Notes: a model not told the origin generated them from the sequence alone. A DNA stretch of 64,000 nucleotides from an uncultured virus (IMG/VR IMGVR_UViG_3300024289_000017) (IMGVR_UViG_3300024289_000017), one strand, 5' to 3'. Positions 48,318 to 56,762 are shown, numbered from the stretch's first letter. Made by a program: numbers and translations.

Positions 48318-48410
48318 GAGCACATTTATAAGCACATAAGTACAAGACCTCAGCACATTTATAAGCACATAAGTACAAGACCTCAGCACATTTATAAGCA
48401 CATAAATGGG
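48318..48410 (+). repeat. About 2.7 tandem copies of a 33-nt unit CAGCACATTTATAAGCACATAAGTACAAGACCT
   Basis: Units start at 48318, 48351 and 48384; each contains AGCACAT twice. Confidence 0.95.
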
Positions 48411-48548
48411 TCTTAATTGATACTAATTCTTATCATTATCACCTTTTAATAACAATAATTATCAGAGAATAAAAACACGCATATACATTTAAAAATACAT
48501 TTTTAATTGATTTTATATCATTTTATCGTTATATTGTATTAAAAAGCA

Positions 48549-48577
48549 TAAAAAAGAGAGGGATTTGTTCCCTCTCT
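48549..48577 (-). terminator. Rho-independent terminator ending the early transcription block
   Basis: Minus strand AGAGAGGGA-loop-TCCCTCTCT followed by a T-run. Confidence 0.85.
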
Positions 48578-48582
48578 GAGCA

Positions 48583-48759
48583 TTATTCAATCACTGGTAC
48601 TTTCACCTCTTGTTTGTACTTATCAGCATAGAATCCTGCTAACTCTACTGATGACATTGGCACTGGAGTTTGATTGTATTTGTATAAACGATGTCTGTCA
48701 TAAGTGAACCATTCATACTCTTTTGTTTGTAGATTAGATGCAACGCAGTGTGAGATCAT
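48583..48759 (-). CDS. 58-aa hypothetical protein
   Basis: Not in track: MISHCVASNLQTKEYEWFTYD...EVKVPVIE. Confidence 0.65.
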   Translation of the reverse strand: MISHCVASNLQTKEYEWFTYDRHRLYKYNQTPVPMSSVELAGFYADKYKQEVKVPVIE

Positions 48760-48763
48760 TACA

Positions 48764-49090
48764 TCAAACTCCTAGAAGTTCTCGTTGTTCTGGTGTAAGA
48801 CTTTCAATCAATTCTTTACGCTTTTGTGATTTGATTTCTTTCTGTTTCTGCTCTTCAAGTTTTTCATCTAAAATGTTATTCATTGTGTAAAACTCATAAT
48901 CACCTTTATCCCAAGTAGATTCACCTTCGTTGGTGATGAAAACAGTTTTATTGCTCCATTCGTTACTATCGTACCAATCATCGCGCAGAGTGATTGTATA
49001 ACCTTCATCTGTTTGAGTATAGGTTACATCAACAATAGAAAGTTTTTCTGCTTTACAGAGAAAGTCCAGCAGTTCAGTTGTAGTAATCAT
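48764..49090 (-). CDS. Hypothetical early protein
   Basis: 108 aa ending LTPEQRELLGV. Confidence 0.75.
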   Translation of the reverse strand: MITTTELLDFLCKAEKLSIVDVTYTQTDEGYTITLRDDWYDSNEWSNKTVFITNEGESTWDKGDYEFYTMNNILDEKLEEQKQKEIKSQKRKELIESLTPEQRELLGV

Positions 49091-49095
49091 TTCAG

Positions 49096-49308
49096 TTACC
49101 TAAGATCAAAATTGTTAAACTGTTCACTCACATAATCCCACGAAAACATTGGTCCTTTGACAATAAGATAACTGATGCCCATACATGCTACATAAGCACC
49201 ACCAAATACAAATGCAAGTAACATAAAAGGAAGTGCAAATAGATTCTTCAGCATCACATACCAAGGCAACAGATTGTTGTTTGGTGTTTGAGGAAACTTC
49301 CAGTTCAT
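49096..49308 (-). CDS. Small membrane protein
   Basis: 70 aa with hydrophobic segment. Confidence 0.65.
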   Translation of the reverse strand: MNWKFPQTPNNNLLPWYVMLKNLFALPFMLLAFVFGGAYVACMGISYLIVKGPMFSWDYVSEQFNNFDLR

Positions 49309-49478
49309 TGGTTTTCAGGATAAAGAATGTCTAGCATTTGTTGATAATACTCATCTGCTTCAACCTCACATTGATGAGATTCAGTTGCATCTTCAATCTC
49401 ATATTGTTTTAGGTTGAGAGTGTGAATCACTGTAGAGAGAAGTTCAGTCAGAGCATCAACTTTGTCTGCATCAGTCAT
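49305..49478 (-). CDS. Hypothetical early protein
   Basis: MTDADKVDAL; stop/start overlaps at both ends. Confidence 0.65.
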   Translation of the reverse strand: MTDADKVDALTELLSTVIHTLNLKQYEIEDATESHQCEVEADEYYQQMLDILYPENQ

Positions 49479-49606
49479 TGCATTAAGTGCGCAGGTGATC
49501 CACAAGAAAGATAAAACTCAATCATCCTTTGTGCTTCATCAAGTGTAGAGAATGATTGTATTCTCCACTCTTGTTGATATGGTGTGAAGTAGCGAATCGT
49601 GAACAT
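49475..49606 (-). CDS. Hypothetical early protein
   Basis: MFTIRYFTPYQQEWR..EAQRMIEFY.SCGSPA. Confidence 0.65.
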   Translation of the reverse strand: MFTIRYFTPYQQEWRIQSFSTLDEAQRMIEFYLSCGSPAHLMQ

Positions 49607-49661
49607 CTCAGTGATGAAAGTAGAAACGAAGTACAACTGAAATGAATACAGTTTCAATCAT

Positions 49662-49988
49662 TTACATCAACGAAAATGCTTCAGTTTGAGATACACTACC
49701 TTCTGGCAGTTTTGTAGTTTCAGCACAGAAAACTGCATCAGCAAAAGTATTAAACTTTCCGAAGTTTACTTGATTACCAACCCAGCAACCTTTGTATTCA
49801 TAAACCATTGCTTGCACAATAAACTCATCACCTTTTGTTTGCTGATTCACAGAATGACGAATCTCAATGTTGTTTCCTTCCTGAGAATAAGTGTCGAAAC
49901 TATTACTCTTAAAGCGACGATTCCAGGTAGGAAAACTTACAGAAACATCAATGTTCTCAGCAAAGAGATTTGCGAAGTGAGCAGTCAT
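49662..49988 (-). CDS. Hypothetical early protein
   Basis: 108 aa; first gene behind promoter copy 2. Confidence 0.7.
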   Translation of the reverse strand: MTAHFANLFAENIDVSVSFPTWNRRFKSNSFDTYSQEGNNIEIRHSVNQQTKGDEFIVQAMVYEYKGCWVGNQVNFGKFNTFADAVFCAETTKLPEGSVSQTEAFSLM

Positions 49989-50070
49989 TGAGTGAAATCC
50001 CTTGAACTTCTATAGAATACACGATTTTGGACACTGGAGAGATTTATTGTGCCACCTCTACAAGTGTCCT
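49989..50070 (-). promoter_or_regulatory. Early promoter/leader cassette (copy 2)
   Basis: Palindrome 50048-50070, -10 TATTCT 50014-19, leader GAAGTTCAAGGGATTTCAC. Confidence 0.8.
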
Positions 50071-50220
50071 ATCAATATATTTTTGATTGAGAATACTCAG
50101 GTAATCAAAAGGCCAAAGAACAGGATTTTCCAGAAAAAACTCATCATCAGCATCAGTCAGTTGTGGATACTTTTCCCGACACATTTGCAGGATTTCTTCA
50201 TCAGTGGGAAACTTGTTCAT
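50044..50220 (-). CDS. 58-aa hypothetical protein
   Basis: Not in track: MNKFPTDEEILQMC...; 3' end runs into the promoter palindrome. Confidence 0.6.
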   Translation of the reverse strand: MNKFPTDEEILQMCREKYPQLTDADDEFFLENPVLWPFDYLSILNQKYIDRTLVEVAQ

Positions 50221-50222
50221 AA

Positions 50223-50378
50223 TCAGCAGTTGCGAAGTTTCAATTCCTCAATGAGAAGATTCATATACTCTTCTGCTTCTGGTGTCTTTAACAGTGCTGT
50301 ATCTGCAATCTCAAAGGATAAATCAGAATCAGCAAGTTCTTGCAGTTCTTCTACAGAATAGAAACCATAATCAGTCAT
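50223..50378 (-). CDS. Hypothetical acidic protein
   Basis: MTDYGFYSVEEL. Confidence 0.6.
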   Translation of the reverse strand: MTDYGFYSVEELQELADSDLSFEIADTALLKTPEAEEYMNLLIEELKLRNC

Positions 50379-50382
50379 TGAA

Positions 50383-50646
50383 TTAACCTCCACCGTATTC
50401 ATAAGCAACAACACCAGCAGGATGATTCACACCTTCGATGACTTTAATTGGTGCAGAATTAAACTCTTTTTGCATATCTTCATTCTTTACTTTTGCATAA
50501 TCACTTTCACCAGATTCACCAAACTGCTCCATAAAGATCTGCTCACAATGAGGCAATGATTCAGCAGCGATTACACACATTCCAGGAGTGTAATCATACA
50601 GCACTTCGTTGAGAATGTAGAGGTTCATTGTTTTAGTTGCGGTCAT
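50383..50646 (-). CDS. Hypothetical early protein
   Basis: LYILNEVLYDYTPGM...YGGG. Confidence 0.7.
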   Translation of the reverse strand: MTATKTMNLYILNEVLYDYTPGMCVIAAESLPHCEQIFMEQFGESGESDYAKVKNEDMQKEFNSAPIKVIEGVNHPAGVVAYEYGGG

Positions 50647-50830
50647 AAACAAGATTCTCAAGTTCAGTAAGAAGTTCGGGCGTGAAGTTTTCTACAATGA
50701 GAACTGGTTCTTCATCCTCATTGCAATCATAATACAATTCACATTCATACTGATAAGCAAGGTCATCATCCAACAACATCAGATTCTCAAGTTGTTGTTC
50801 AATACTGCGAATCAGTTGTTCTTGTGTCAT
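50633..50830 (-). CDS. Hypothetical acidic protein
   Basis: ORF track, packed with neighbours. Confidence 0.65.
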   Translation of the reverse strand: MTQEQLIRSIEQQLENLMLLDDDLAYQYECELYYDCNEDEEPVLIVENFTPELLTELENLVYDRN

Positions 50831-51012
50831 TTTGCGGGATAAAGACAGGAACTAAGATGACCGGGGCGAACAAGAACTTGCCCACCTTTTGCTGCACATT
50901 GTGCTTCAATCTTTGGATTGGTAAAAGCAAGAAGAATTGCAGCAAATGCAAGAAATACTACACCAATCCCAAGATAAACAAACACCTCAAACCAAGTTTC
51001 GTTGTTGTTCAA
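50827..51012 (-). CDS. Small membrane protein
   Basis: One TM segment plus Cys pair. Confidence 0.6.
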   Translation of the reverse strand: MNNNETWFEVFVYLGIGVVFLAFAAILLAFTNPKIEAQCAAKGGQVLVRPGHLSSCLYPAK

Positions 51013-51197
51013 AACTCAACCTCCCAATCAGAATCGTTGTTGAGATTAACCCAGAAAAAGTTCTTTCCATTCAGTGAACGCAAAAATACACGATCACCTT
51101 TGTTTTGTTCAACAATACACTCTGATTCTGATTGCATCAAGTTACAAAATCTGTTCTTTGCTTTCTTAGATTTTGGAGAGACAAATGCAGTGTTCAT
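51009..51197 (-). CDS. Hypothetical protein
   Basis: VSPKSKKAKNRFCNLM...DSDW. Confidence 0.7.
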   Translation of the reverse strand: MNTAFVSPKSKKAKNRFCNLMQSESECIVEQNKGDRVFLRSLNGKNFFWVNLNNDSDWEVEF

Positions 51198-51200
51198 TGT

Positions 51201-51440
51201 TCAAAAGTGCGATTCGGACCAATCAAGTTTGTCACTGTACTTTGCAATACCATCGTAACAACGACCTGCCATCAGATCGTCACCGTCAGCGACATAACCT
51301 TTGAGAAACTCAAAGCAATACTTGATACGCAGTTCAGGTGCAACTGCATCAAGTTGTTGTTGCTTACGCTGCTGATAGTTTGCATTGTAAGCAAACATTT
51401 CACGATCTTCGATGCTGATGGGATGAAACTTGCGATCCAT
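51201..51440 (-). CDS. Hypothetical early protein
   Basis: 79 aa; behind promoter copy 3. Confidence 0.7.
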   Translation of the reverse strand: MDRKFHPISIEDREMFAYNANYQQRKQQQLDAVAPELRIKYCFEFLKGYVADGDDLMAGRCYDGIAKYSDKLDWSESHF

Positions 51441-51523
51441 TGGGTGAAATCCCTTGAACTTCTATAGAATACACCAATCTGGGCGCTGTGCTCATACCTT
51501 GTGACAGTTCCTCAACCGTCCGC
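51441..51523 (-). promoter_or_regulatory. Early promoter/leader cassette (copy 3)
   Basis: Palindrome 51500-51523, -10 TATTCT 51466-71, shared leader. Confidence 0.8.
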
Positions 51524-51769
51524 ATTTACTACATTTTCAATCATTTCATTCACATAATCTTCATCATAAAACTGTGAAATCTCTTCTACCAATTCATCTG
51601 GAGTAGAACAACTTTCACGCAGATTCATTTCAATTTGTTCTGATACAAATTGCACCAAACTGTCTAGATCCATTCCATCAACCAACTGCTCAACATAGTT
51701 GGCAAGCAGTTTATCGTACTGATCTTGAGTAAGTTCCATTTTGTTTGTGAAGTTAGGAAGGGAAATCAT
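51512..51769 (-). CDS. Hypothetical acidic protein
   Basis: YVEQLVDGMDLDSL. Confidence 0.7.
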   Translation of the reverse strand: MISLPNFTNKMELTQDQYDKLLANYVEQLVDGMDLDSLVQFVSEQIEMNLRESCSTPDELVEEISQFYDEDYVNEMIENVVNADG

Positions 51770-51981
51770 TTTTTGAGAAAGTTTTTGATGAAACTAAGAA
51801 TTAGAATCACACCAAACACCTGCCAATAGGTGACAGTCAAACCAATCAGAAAATGGATAATTGCATATAGCACACCTGCGAAGATTGCAGTGGCAATGAG
51901 ACTACCAATCAGTTCTCCAATCAATCCACTAATCTCAACTAAAATCTCTTTGATTTGTTGCTTTTCAGAAGAAATAGTCAT
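51766..51981 (-). CDS. Small membrane protein
   Basis: Two hydrophobic segments, TYWQ. Confidence 0.65.
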   Translation of the reverse strand: MTISSEKQQIKEILVEISGLIGELIGSLIATAIFAGVLYAIIHFLIGLTVTYWQVFGVILILSFIKNFLKK

Positions 51982-51983
51982 AA

Positions 51984-52208
51984 TCAGTTCTTGAAGTAAA
52001 AACCTGCAGTTTTGTTCATTGCAATCAATTTATCTTGAATCTCTTGCAACTCTGGTTCATAACAACCTTCATATAAATCATCACTATCAACTTCTGCAGT
52101 TTCCTCCAGATAGAGTGTTCCACCTTCAAGAAGTGGAGTGTAATACATTGCACCTTCTGCATCAATAGAATATGCACAACCGTGACCTTCGGGAATGTAT
52201 AGAATCAT
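51984..52208 (-). CDS. Hypothetical protein
   Basis: 74-aa ORF. Confidence 0.65.
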   Translation of the reverse strand: MILYIPEGHGCAYSIDAEGAMYYTPLLEGGTLYLEETAEVDSDDLYEGCYEPELQEIQDKLIAMNKTAGFYFKN

Positions 52209-52211
52209 TGT

Positions 52212-52418
52212 TCAGTGAGTGTTGAGAATGTGACGGTAATCAATAGACTTAATGCACCAACCAGTCCAAGATGTAATCTCTTCGACTAGATCTTCTTCAT
52301 CATCTGCTTCTACAATCTGACCGATTGTTTCTTCAGTGATTGCGTTCATCTCTTCTGCAGAGATTTCATCTTCAGCACCAGTGAAATCAAACTCAATGTC
52401 AGTAACTTGGAATTGCAT
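52212..52418 (-). CDS. Hypothetical acidic protein
   Basis: MQFQVTDIEFDF...TGWCIKSIDY; TAATG coupling. Confidence 0.7.
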   Translation of the reverse strand: MQFQVTDIEFDFTGAEDEISAEEMNAITEETIGQIVEADDEEDLVEEITSWTGWCIKSIDYRHILNTH

Positions 52419-52552
52419 TACTTGCAATAGTTAGGGTCAATTTGACAGAAACGATCTGCTTGTTGTTCTTGATACTCATTCACAGTAGCGTGAGCAGCAA
52501 GACCAACACGAAGACCAAGCGCGAGAGTAGCAATCAAAAAAGCAATTCGCAT
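52418..52552 (-). CDS. 44-aa secreted or membrane peptide
   Basis: Not in track: MRIAFLIATLALGLRVGLAAHATVNEYQEQQADRFCQIDPNYCK. Confidence 0.65.
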   Translation of the reverse strand: MRIAFLIATLALGLRVGLAAHATVNEYQEQQADRFCQIDPNYCK

Positions 52553-52698
52553 CAGACTTCATCCCTCATTTGACCAACTTTGTCATAAAGTTGCTCAATA
52601 TCCACATCCAGATGTTCACTCAATTCTATCCAATCGTGAAACTCAATCAATGCAAGAATTGCATCCAATTCTTCAAAAGTGAGAGTGGTTTTAGTCAT
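52552..52698 (-). CDS. 48-aa hypothetical protein
   Basis: Not in track: MTKTTLTFEELDAILALIEFHDW... Confidence 0.65.
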   Translation of the reverse strand: MTKTTLTFEELDAILALIEFHDWIELSEHLDVDIEQLYDKVGQMRDEV

Positions 52699-52946
52699 CA
52701 AACTGCACCTTGCATAAAGTTGTACTCTTGAACCAGACCAATGTTGTCACCAGTGATGACATAATCCATTGCGATTCTCTCATCAATCTCGCGGATTGCA
52801 TCTTTCTTGGTGATGCACTTCTGAGAGATTGTATCAATACCCTTCCAAGAAAGAATCTTGAGAGTGTGAGTAGAACAATCCTCAATGGGATAGAATCCCA
52901 CGAGCATTGTGCCGTCTTTTGATTGAAGTGTGGGAAACTCGGTCAT
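52698..52946 (-). CDS. Hypothetical early protein
   Basis: 82 aa; behind promoter copy 4. Confidence 0.7.
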   Translation of the reverse strand: MTEFPTLQSKDGTMLVGFYPIEDCSTHTLKILSWKGIDTISQKCITKKDAIREIDERIAMDYVITGDNIGLVQEYNFMQGAV

Positions 52947-53028
52947 GGGTGAAATCCCTTGAACTTCTTAAGAATACACGATTTTGGGTCAGGAAACCAG
53001 AGCGTGTGCCAGAAATCGAACTGGCACA
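52947..53028 (-). promoter_or_regulatory. Early promoter/leader cassette (copy 4)
   Basis: Perfect arms TGTGCCAG-N8-CTGGCACA at 53005-53028; -10 TATTCT 52971-76. Confidence 0.8.
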
Positions 53029-53044
53029 CCTCTCTTAGTTTATA

Positions 53045-53488
53045 TCAACGAGCGTACAAATATCCTCCCGACCAATCGCAATTCTCAAGCACATATTCAC
53101 GATCAGTAATCAATCGCAAATCATAGCGAACACCTTTAGCAGGAGACTTCCAACTGGCAGACTTATAAACTTCTCCCGTTTGCTTATCAATGAAGCAATG
53201 AACACTGCGGGAACCGCCACCATTAACCAAAATCACTTTGTGATACTTTTTACCAGTTTCTACCTGATAATCAATGTCGCACTCTCCAGACTTGAGTTCA
53301 TCAATCTTGCGCTGATGATACTCTTGGGTATCAGCATCATTCGCGAACTTTTGATGACCGCGAATAGAATACTCAACATAATTCTGTTTGAGTGCTTCAA
53401 TCAGCATTTGAGTGTACTTAACAACATTCTCAGCAATTTGTTGCTTTGCTTGTTGTTGAGCAGGAAAATCAACGAAAGCAGTTGTCAT
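53045..53488 (-). CDS. Conserved phage early protein
   Basis: GKKYHKV..SVHCFID..TGEVYKSASWKSPAKGVRY..DWSGGYLY. Confidence 0.8.
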   Translation of the reverse strand: MTTAFVDFPAQQQAKQQIAENVVKYTQMLIEALKQNYVEYSIRGHQKFANDADTQEYHQRKIDELKSGECDIDYQVETGKKYHKVILVNGGGSRSVHCFIDKQTGEVYKSASWKSPAKGVRYDLRLITDREYVLENCDWSGGYLYAR

Positions 53489-53571
53489 TGGGTGAAATCC
53501 CTTGAACTTCTTAAGAATACATCATTTTGAGCACTGTGCTCATTTACTGTGCCACTTTCATAAGTGTCACC
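53489..53571 (-). promoter_or_regulatory. Early promoter/leader cassette (copy 5)
   Basis: Palindrome 53548-53571, -10 TATTCT 53514-19, shared leader. Confidence 0.8.
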
Positions 53572-53821
53572 ATTTGTTTTGTTGAATGAGGATCTTTTTG
53601 ATTTCTTGATAAATGAACTGACGAAGTTTAGGTTCGGTAGTGTTATCAAAAGCATAATACAGTCGATTCAGATACTCATTCTGTGTTGCACCAATGTTAC
53701 CATCACCACCGATGTCATTGAGTGATGAACCTGCAACAACTTTCGATTTTCCAAAGTTACCTGAGACACGCCCAGTTGTTCTCAGTTTAGGGCGAATCTT
53801 TGAGAGGTTAGAGTAAGTCAT
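53567..53821 (-). CDS. Hypothetical basic protein
   Basis: SKIRPKLRTTG.VSGNFG. Confidence 0.7.
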   Translation of the reverse strand: MTYSNLSKIRPKLRTTGRVSGNFGKSKVVAGSSLNDIGGDGNIGATQNEYLNRLYYAFDNTTEPKLRQFIYQEIKKILIQQNKW

Positions 53822-53991
53822 TCATCCTCTTCATAAGGGAACATTTCATCATACTCTTCATCTGTGAGAGTAAGATACTGAACATTAGCATTTTTGTGCT
53901 CTTCAGCATACACTAACTGATAATGTGCAAAAGAACTAGGATCGGAACTAGCAAACTCTACCAGACCATCAATCAAACAAAGGTAATTCAT
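53818..53991 (-). CDS. 57-aa hypothetical protein
   Basis: Not in track: MNYLCLIDGLVEFAS... Confidence 0.6.
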   Translation of the reverse strand: MNYLCLIDGLVEFASSDPSSFAHYQLVYAEEHKNANVQYLTLTDEEYDEMFPYEEDE

Positions 53992-54131
53992 TTGAAACTC
54001 ACATTTACACCAATTACTTTTGCTTTTGGATTTCGTGCAGTAGCAGTTTCTCTTGCATCTTTAGGAGAGTTAGCATACACCTCTTCCTTAAAGACTTTGC
54101 CACCAACATACAGATCAACAATGTACTTCAT
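53988..54131 (-). CDS. 47-aa hypothetical protein
   Basis: Not in track: MKYIVDLYVGGKVFKEEVYANSPKDARETATARNPKAKVIGVNVSFK. Confidence 0.7.
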   Translation of the reverse strand: MKYIVDLYVGGKVFKEEVYANSPKDARETATARNPKAKVIGVNVSFK

Positions 54132-54325
54132 AGTGTTTGCCAGTGTTGTGCTTCTTTGATGTTAGAATTGAAAAACTTTTGAATGATAGAATCAATCACA
54201 GGATACCATTCTTCGTTTGCACTAGGATACCCACATTCTCGTGCTTGATTGAGAAACTTAAGGATGCAAGTTTCCTCATTAGGAGTAAAATTAACGCGAT
54301 TGAAAGTGTAACCGTCAGTCATCAA
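54128..54325 (-). CDS. Hypothetical protein
   Basis: ORF track, packed with neighbours. Confidence 0.65.
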   Translation of the reverse strand: MMTDGYTFNRVNFTPNEETCILKFLNQARECGYPSANEEWYPVIDSIIQKFFNSNIKEAQHWQTL

Positions 54326-54480
54326 TCATCTCCAAAGTTGTTGACAAGAAAATCCTCAAGTTCGCAAAGTTCCACCTCATCTAAGGAGTCAATGTAGTTA
54401 CGCAAAGTATCTTCTAAGACACCATTATTCTTTTTGCAAGTTTCATACAGAAACTCAAAAAGTTGCGTTTTGTTAGTCAT
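54322..54480 (-). CDS. 52-aa hypothetical protein
   Basis: Not in track: MTNKTQLFEFLYETC... Confidence 0.6.
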   Translation of the reverse strand: MTNKTQLFEFLYETCKKNNGVLEDTLRNYIDSLDEVELCELEDFLVNNFGDD

Positions 54481-54482
54481 AA

Positions 54483-54752
54483 TCAGTTTGCGTAGATTGC
54501 CAGACCCTTACGGTCACGGATTGAATCATCAATCACCTCACCAATCTGTTCGTAAATGTAGTCGGAACCACCTACATCAGCGAGCACATCTTGAGTGAAA
54601 AGAGAAGAAAAATACTTCTCTTGATTGTCCTCACCATCAAACTCAACAACATCGTGTTGAGTGAATACAAACGCAGCACAGGGAGCGTTCTCACCTTGAC
54701 TCTCAATCATTTGGTTGATAGAGTCACGAAGTTCAGAAAGAGTGCGATACAT
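54483..54752 (-). CDS. Hypothetical protein
   Basis: MYRTLSELRDS..QGENAPCAAFVFT. Confidence 0.7.
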   Translation of the reverse strand: MYRTLSELRDSINQMIESQGENAPCAAFVFTQHDVVEFDGEDNQEKYFSSLFTQDVLADVGGSDYIYEQIGEVIDDSIRDRKGLAIYAN

Positions 54753-54754
54753 AA

Positions 54755-54922
54755 TCAAACAGGGGTAACTTCAACAGAGCGGATAAGATTTGTGCGATCT
54801 CGTGCTAGGTAATCGTCTGCAATCTTGCCACAAGATGAACGAGACTTAATGAATGTTTCTTCATAATAAGTCTCTGCACTGTTGGGGACTTTATACTCAA
54901 TCAAGAGTCGATAGTTGTTCAT
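54755..54922 (-). CDS. Hypothetical protein
   Basis: MNNYRLLIEY. Confidence 0.6.
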   Translation of the reverse strand: MNNYRLLIEYKVPNSAETYYEETFIKSRSSCGKIADDYLARDRTNLIRSVEVTPV

Positions 54923-54924
54923 AA

Positions 54925-55134
54925 TCAGCAAGCAGTGGGAAGAATAGAGAAAGTGCCACACCAACGACAAACCCAATCAAGGGTATCATTGTAGCAGCGA
55001 GGATTGCTCACCACCATGCTGCTGTTTCTTTCGGGATTGTATGCAACAGCAACATAAAGGTTCTTACCAACCTCCTGAATCCACATTTGATTCACTTTAC
55101 CTTCCTTCCAGTTGGTAGTGTAGTGAAATACCAT
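54925..55134 (-). CDS. Hypothetical early protein
   Basis: MVFHYTTNW; behind palindrome promoter copy 6 (55163-55222). Confidence 0.65.
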   Translation of the reverse strand: MVFHYTTNWKEGKVNQMWIQEVGKNLYVAVAYNPERNSSMVVSNPRCYNDTLDWVCRWCGTFSILPTAC

Positions 55135-55210
55135 CGGTTGCGTGGTTTGATTCAACAAAGTCAGTATAAGCGCATCAGAGGCGATTCTGGTGCGCCTGGT
55201 GGACAGTTAA

Positions 55211-55561
55211 TCAGGTGTCACTGTCGGCGCCGCGAGCAAGTTTATTTGCTCTTTTCTGCTGCGAACGATAATGTGTTGTCATAGCATCAGATCTTGCTTG
55301 TGCAGTATCACGATCTGCTACTGTTTTTGTAGTTTTGCGAATCTTATTTGCTCTTTGACGATCTTTAGCACTTTGAGACTGACTTAGGCGCTCTGCTTTA
55401 TTCAGTGCCTTTTCTTCACCAGTTTTCTTAGGATACTTGAAATTGCCAGCATCACGAGCGAATGGAACTTTTGCTTCACAAATGCTCATAAACTCCTCAA
55501 AAGTTCTTGGTTTTGGGATGGGTTTGCCAGTGATTCCTACTTCTGTTTGATCCTTTGACAT
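55211..55561 (-). CDS. Basic late-type protein with CTS-like motif (putative internal head protein)
   Basis: RTFEEFMSICEA; TAAATA at 55582-87. Confidence 0.6.
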   Translation of the reverse strand: MSKDQTEVGITGKPIPKPRTFEEFMSICEAKVPFARDAGNFKYPKKTGEEKALNKAERLSQSQSAKDRQRANKIRKTTKTVADRDTAQARSDAMTTHYRSQQKRANKLARGADSDT

Positions 55562-55587
55562 CTTAACAAACACTTTTTAGGTATTTA

Positions 55588-56484
55588 TTAAGTCCATTGC
55601 TTAGGAAGAGCAAAGTTTTGATGAGAAAACTCATCACGATTTACAATCTTGTAACTTCCAAACTCATTGTGCATGACATAACCTTCATGATCACTGATTC
55701 CACCATCAATTTCACATCGAATGTCAGTGTCACATTCAATGTAAAAGAACATGTCCATTTTGATAGACTCAATCAACTTCCACAAACGAAGCAGGTTGAT
55801 GTCAACATCATAATTTTCTGCAATTTCATGCTCATCCACCTCACTACCCTCGCGGATGTAGGAATTGATGACTTTTTTGAGTTCTTTTGCTTGTTTATCA
55901 TTCACAAAGGTGCAAAGAGTGCTCATTTGTTTAGCAAACTTGCAGAAGTCTTCGATGTCTTCGCGATAAGGACAAATAGATGCTTCTGGTTGCACCCATT
56001 TCACATCCAGAGTATCAGCAAACTGTTTGCTGATAGGATATGCAACAGCATTGCGAAGATCATCTTCACAATCATACTCAGTGTGAGGGGCAATGATTAC
56101 ACTTTGCTCAATCACCTCAGGGAACTTGTAAGTGATCGTGTTGGGGCAATAAGTATCACTCCCAGCAAAACCAATAAAATCACCTTGATAGATATGACTT
56201 GTGCGAGGTAGACTATCAAAGCAAGCATGAAGAATAGTCGCAACTTTACCTTCATGGTTTTGATCAATTTCTTCATGAGAATGATTGATTTTAATTTTTA
56301 CTTTGTTGAACACAGATTTGGTGCCAACAAAAAACTTACCGTTAGCAGGATTGCGACCCCACACAATAGCAGGAGCGCCATCAATCTTGACACTGACATG
56401 AGAATCGGCAGTGAACCAATCAAGAACTGAAAGATCACCAGTCAAGATGGTATCTTCAGGATGTTCGATGTGCTTGTTTTGCAT
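55588..56484 (-). CDS. DUF6267-like protein with ligase-type KxDG motif
   Basis: NKHIEHPED, SVKIDGAPAIVWG, FFVGTKSVFNK, HEGYV, KIVNR. Confidence 0.7.
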   Translation of the reverse strand: MQNKHIEHPEDTILTGDLSVLDWFTADSHVSVKIDGAPAIVWGRNPANGKFFVGTKSVFNKVKIKINHSHEEIDQNHEGKVATILHACFDSLPRTSHIYQGDFIGFAGSDTYCPNTITYKFPEVIEQSVIIAPHTEYDCEDDLRNAVAYPISKQFADTLDVKWVQPEASICPYREDIEDFCKFAKQMSTLCTFVNDKQAKELKKVINSYIREGSEVDEHEIAENYDVDINLLRLWKLIESIKMDMFFYIECDTDIRCEIDGGISDHEGYVMHNEFGSYKIVNRDEFSHQNFALPKQWT

Positions 56485-56553
56485 TGGTGTTTGAGTCACA
56501 GGTTGATCATAAAACAAAAACAGGAACCTTGTGGGTTCCTGCGTGACAGTTGT

Positions 56554-56760
56554 TTAATTGTCCTCTTTCATCTTATCTTGAGCAGATTTGCTGATTTTGC
56601 ACACCAAATCATTATCGTAAAAGTATTTTACCCTTTCACGGCGAGCAGCAATCAACATGTTGTACTCTTCTTGTTGCTGTTTCGTAAAAATAAAATCTTG
56701 ACGACGCCAAGCATCTTTCAGTTCTTGAAGATGTGGCAGAACATTTACAGTATCAGTCAT
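56554..56760 (-). CDS. Hypothetical protein
   Basis: NVLPHLQEL..WRRQDF. Confidence 0.7.
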   Translation of the reverse strand: MTDTVNVLPHLQELKDAWRRQDFIFTKQQQEEYNMLIAARRERVKYFYDNDLVCKISKSAQDKMKEDN

Positions 56761-56762
56761 AA

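Noticed and set aside
48318..48410. Possible mini-CRISPR array
   Set aside because: Units are contiguous tandem copies with no unique spacers, and there are no cas genes
48207..48416. Track ORFs 48207-48401(-) and 48228-48416(+) with 11-aa repeats
   Set aside because: They arise from the 33-nt (multiple of 3) tandem repeat; the plus-strand ORF starts upstream of its promoter and neither has a clear RBS
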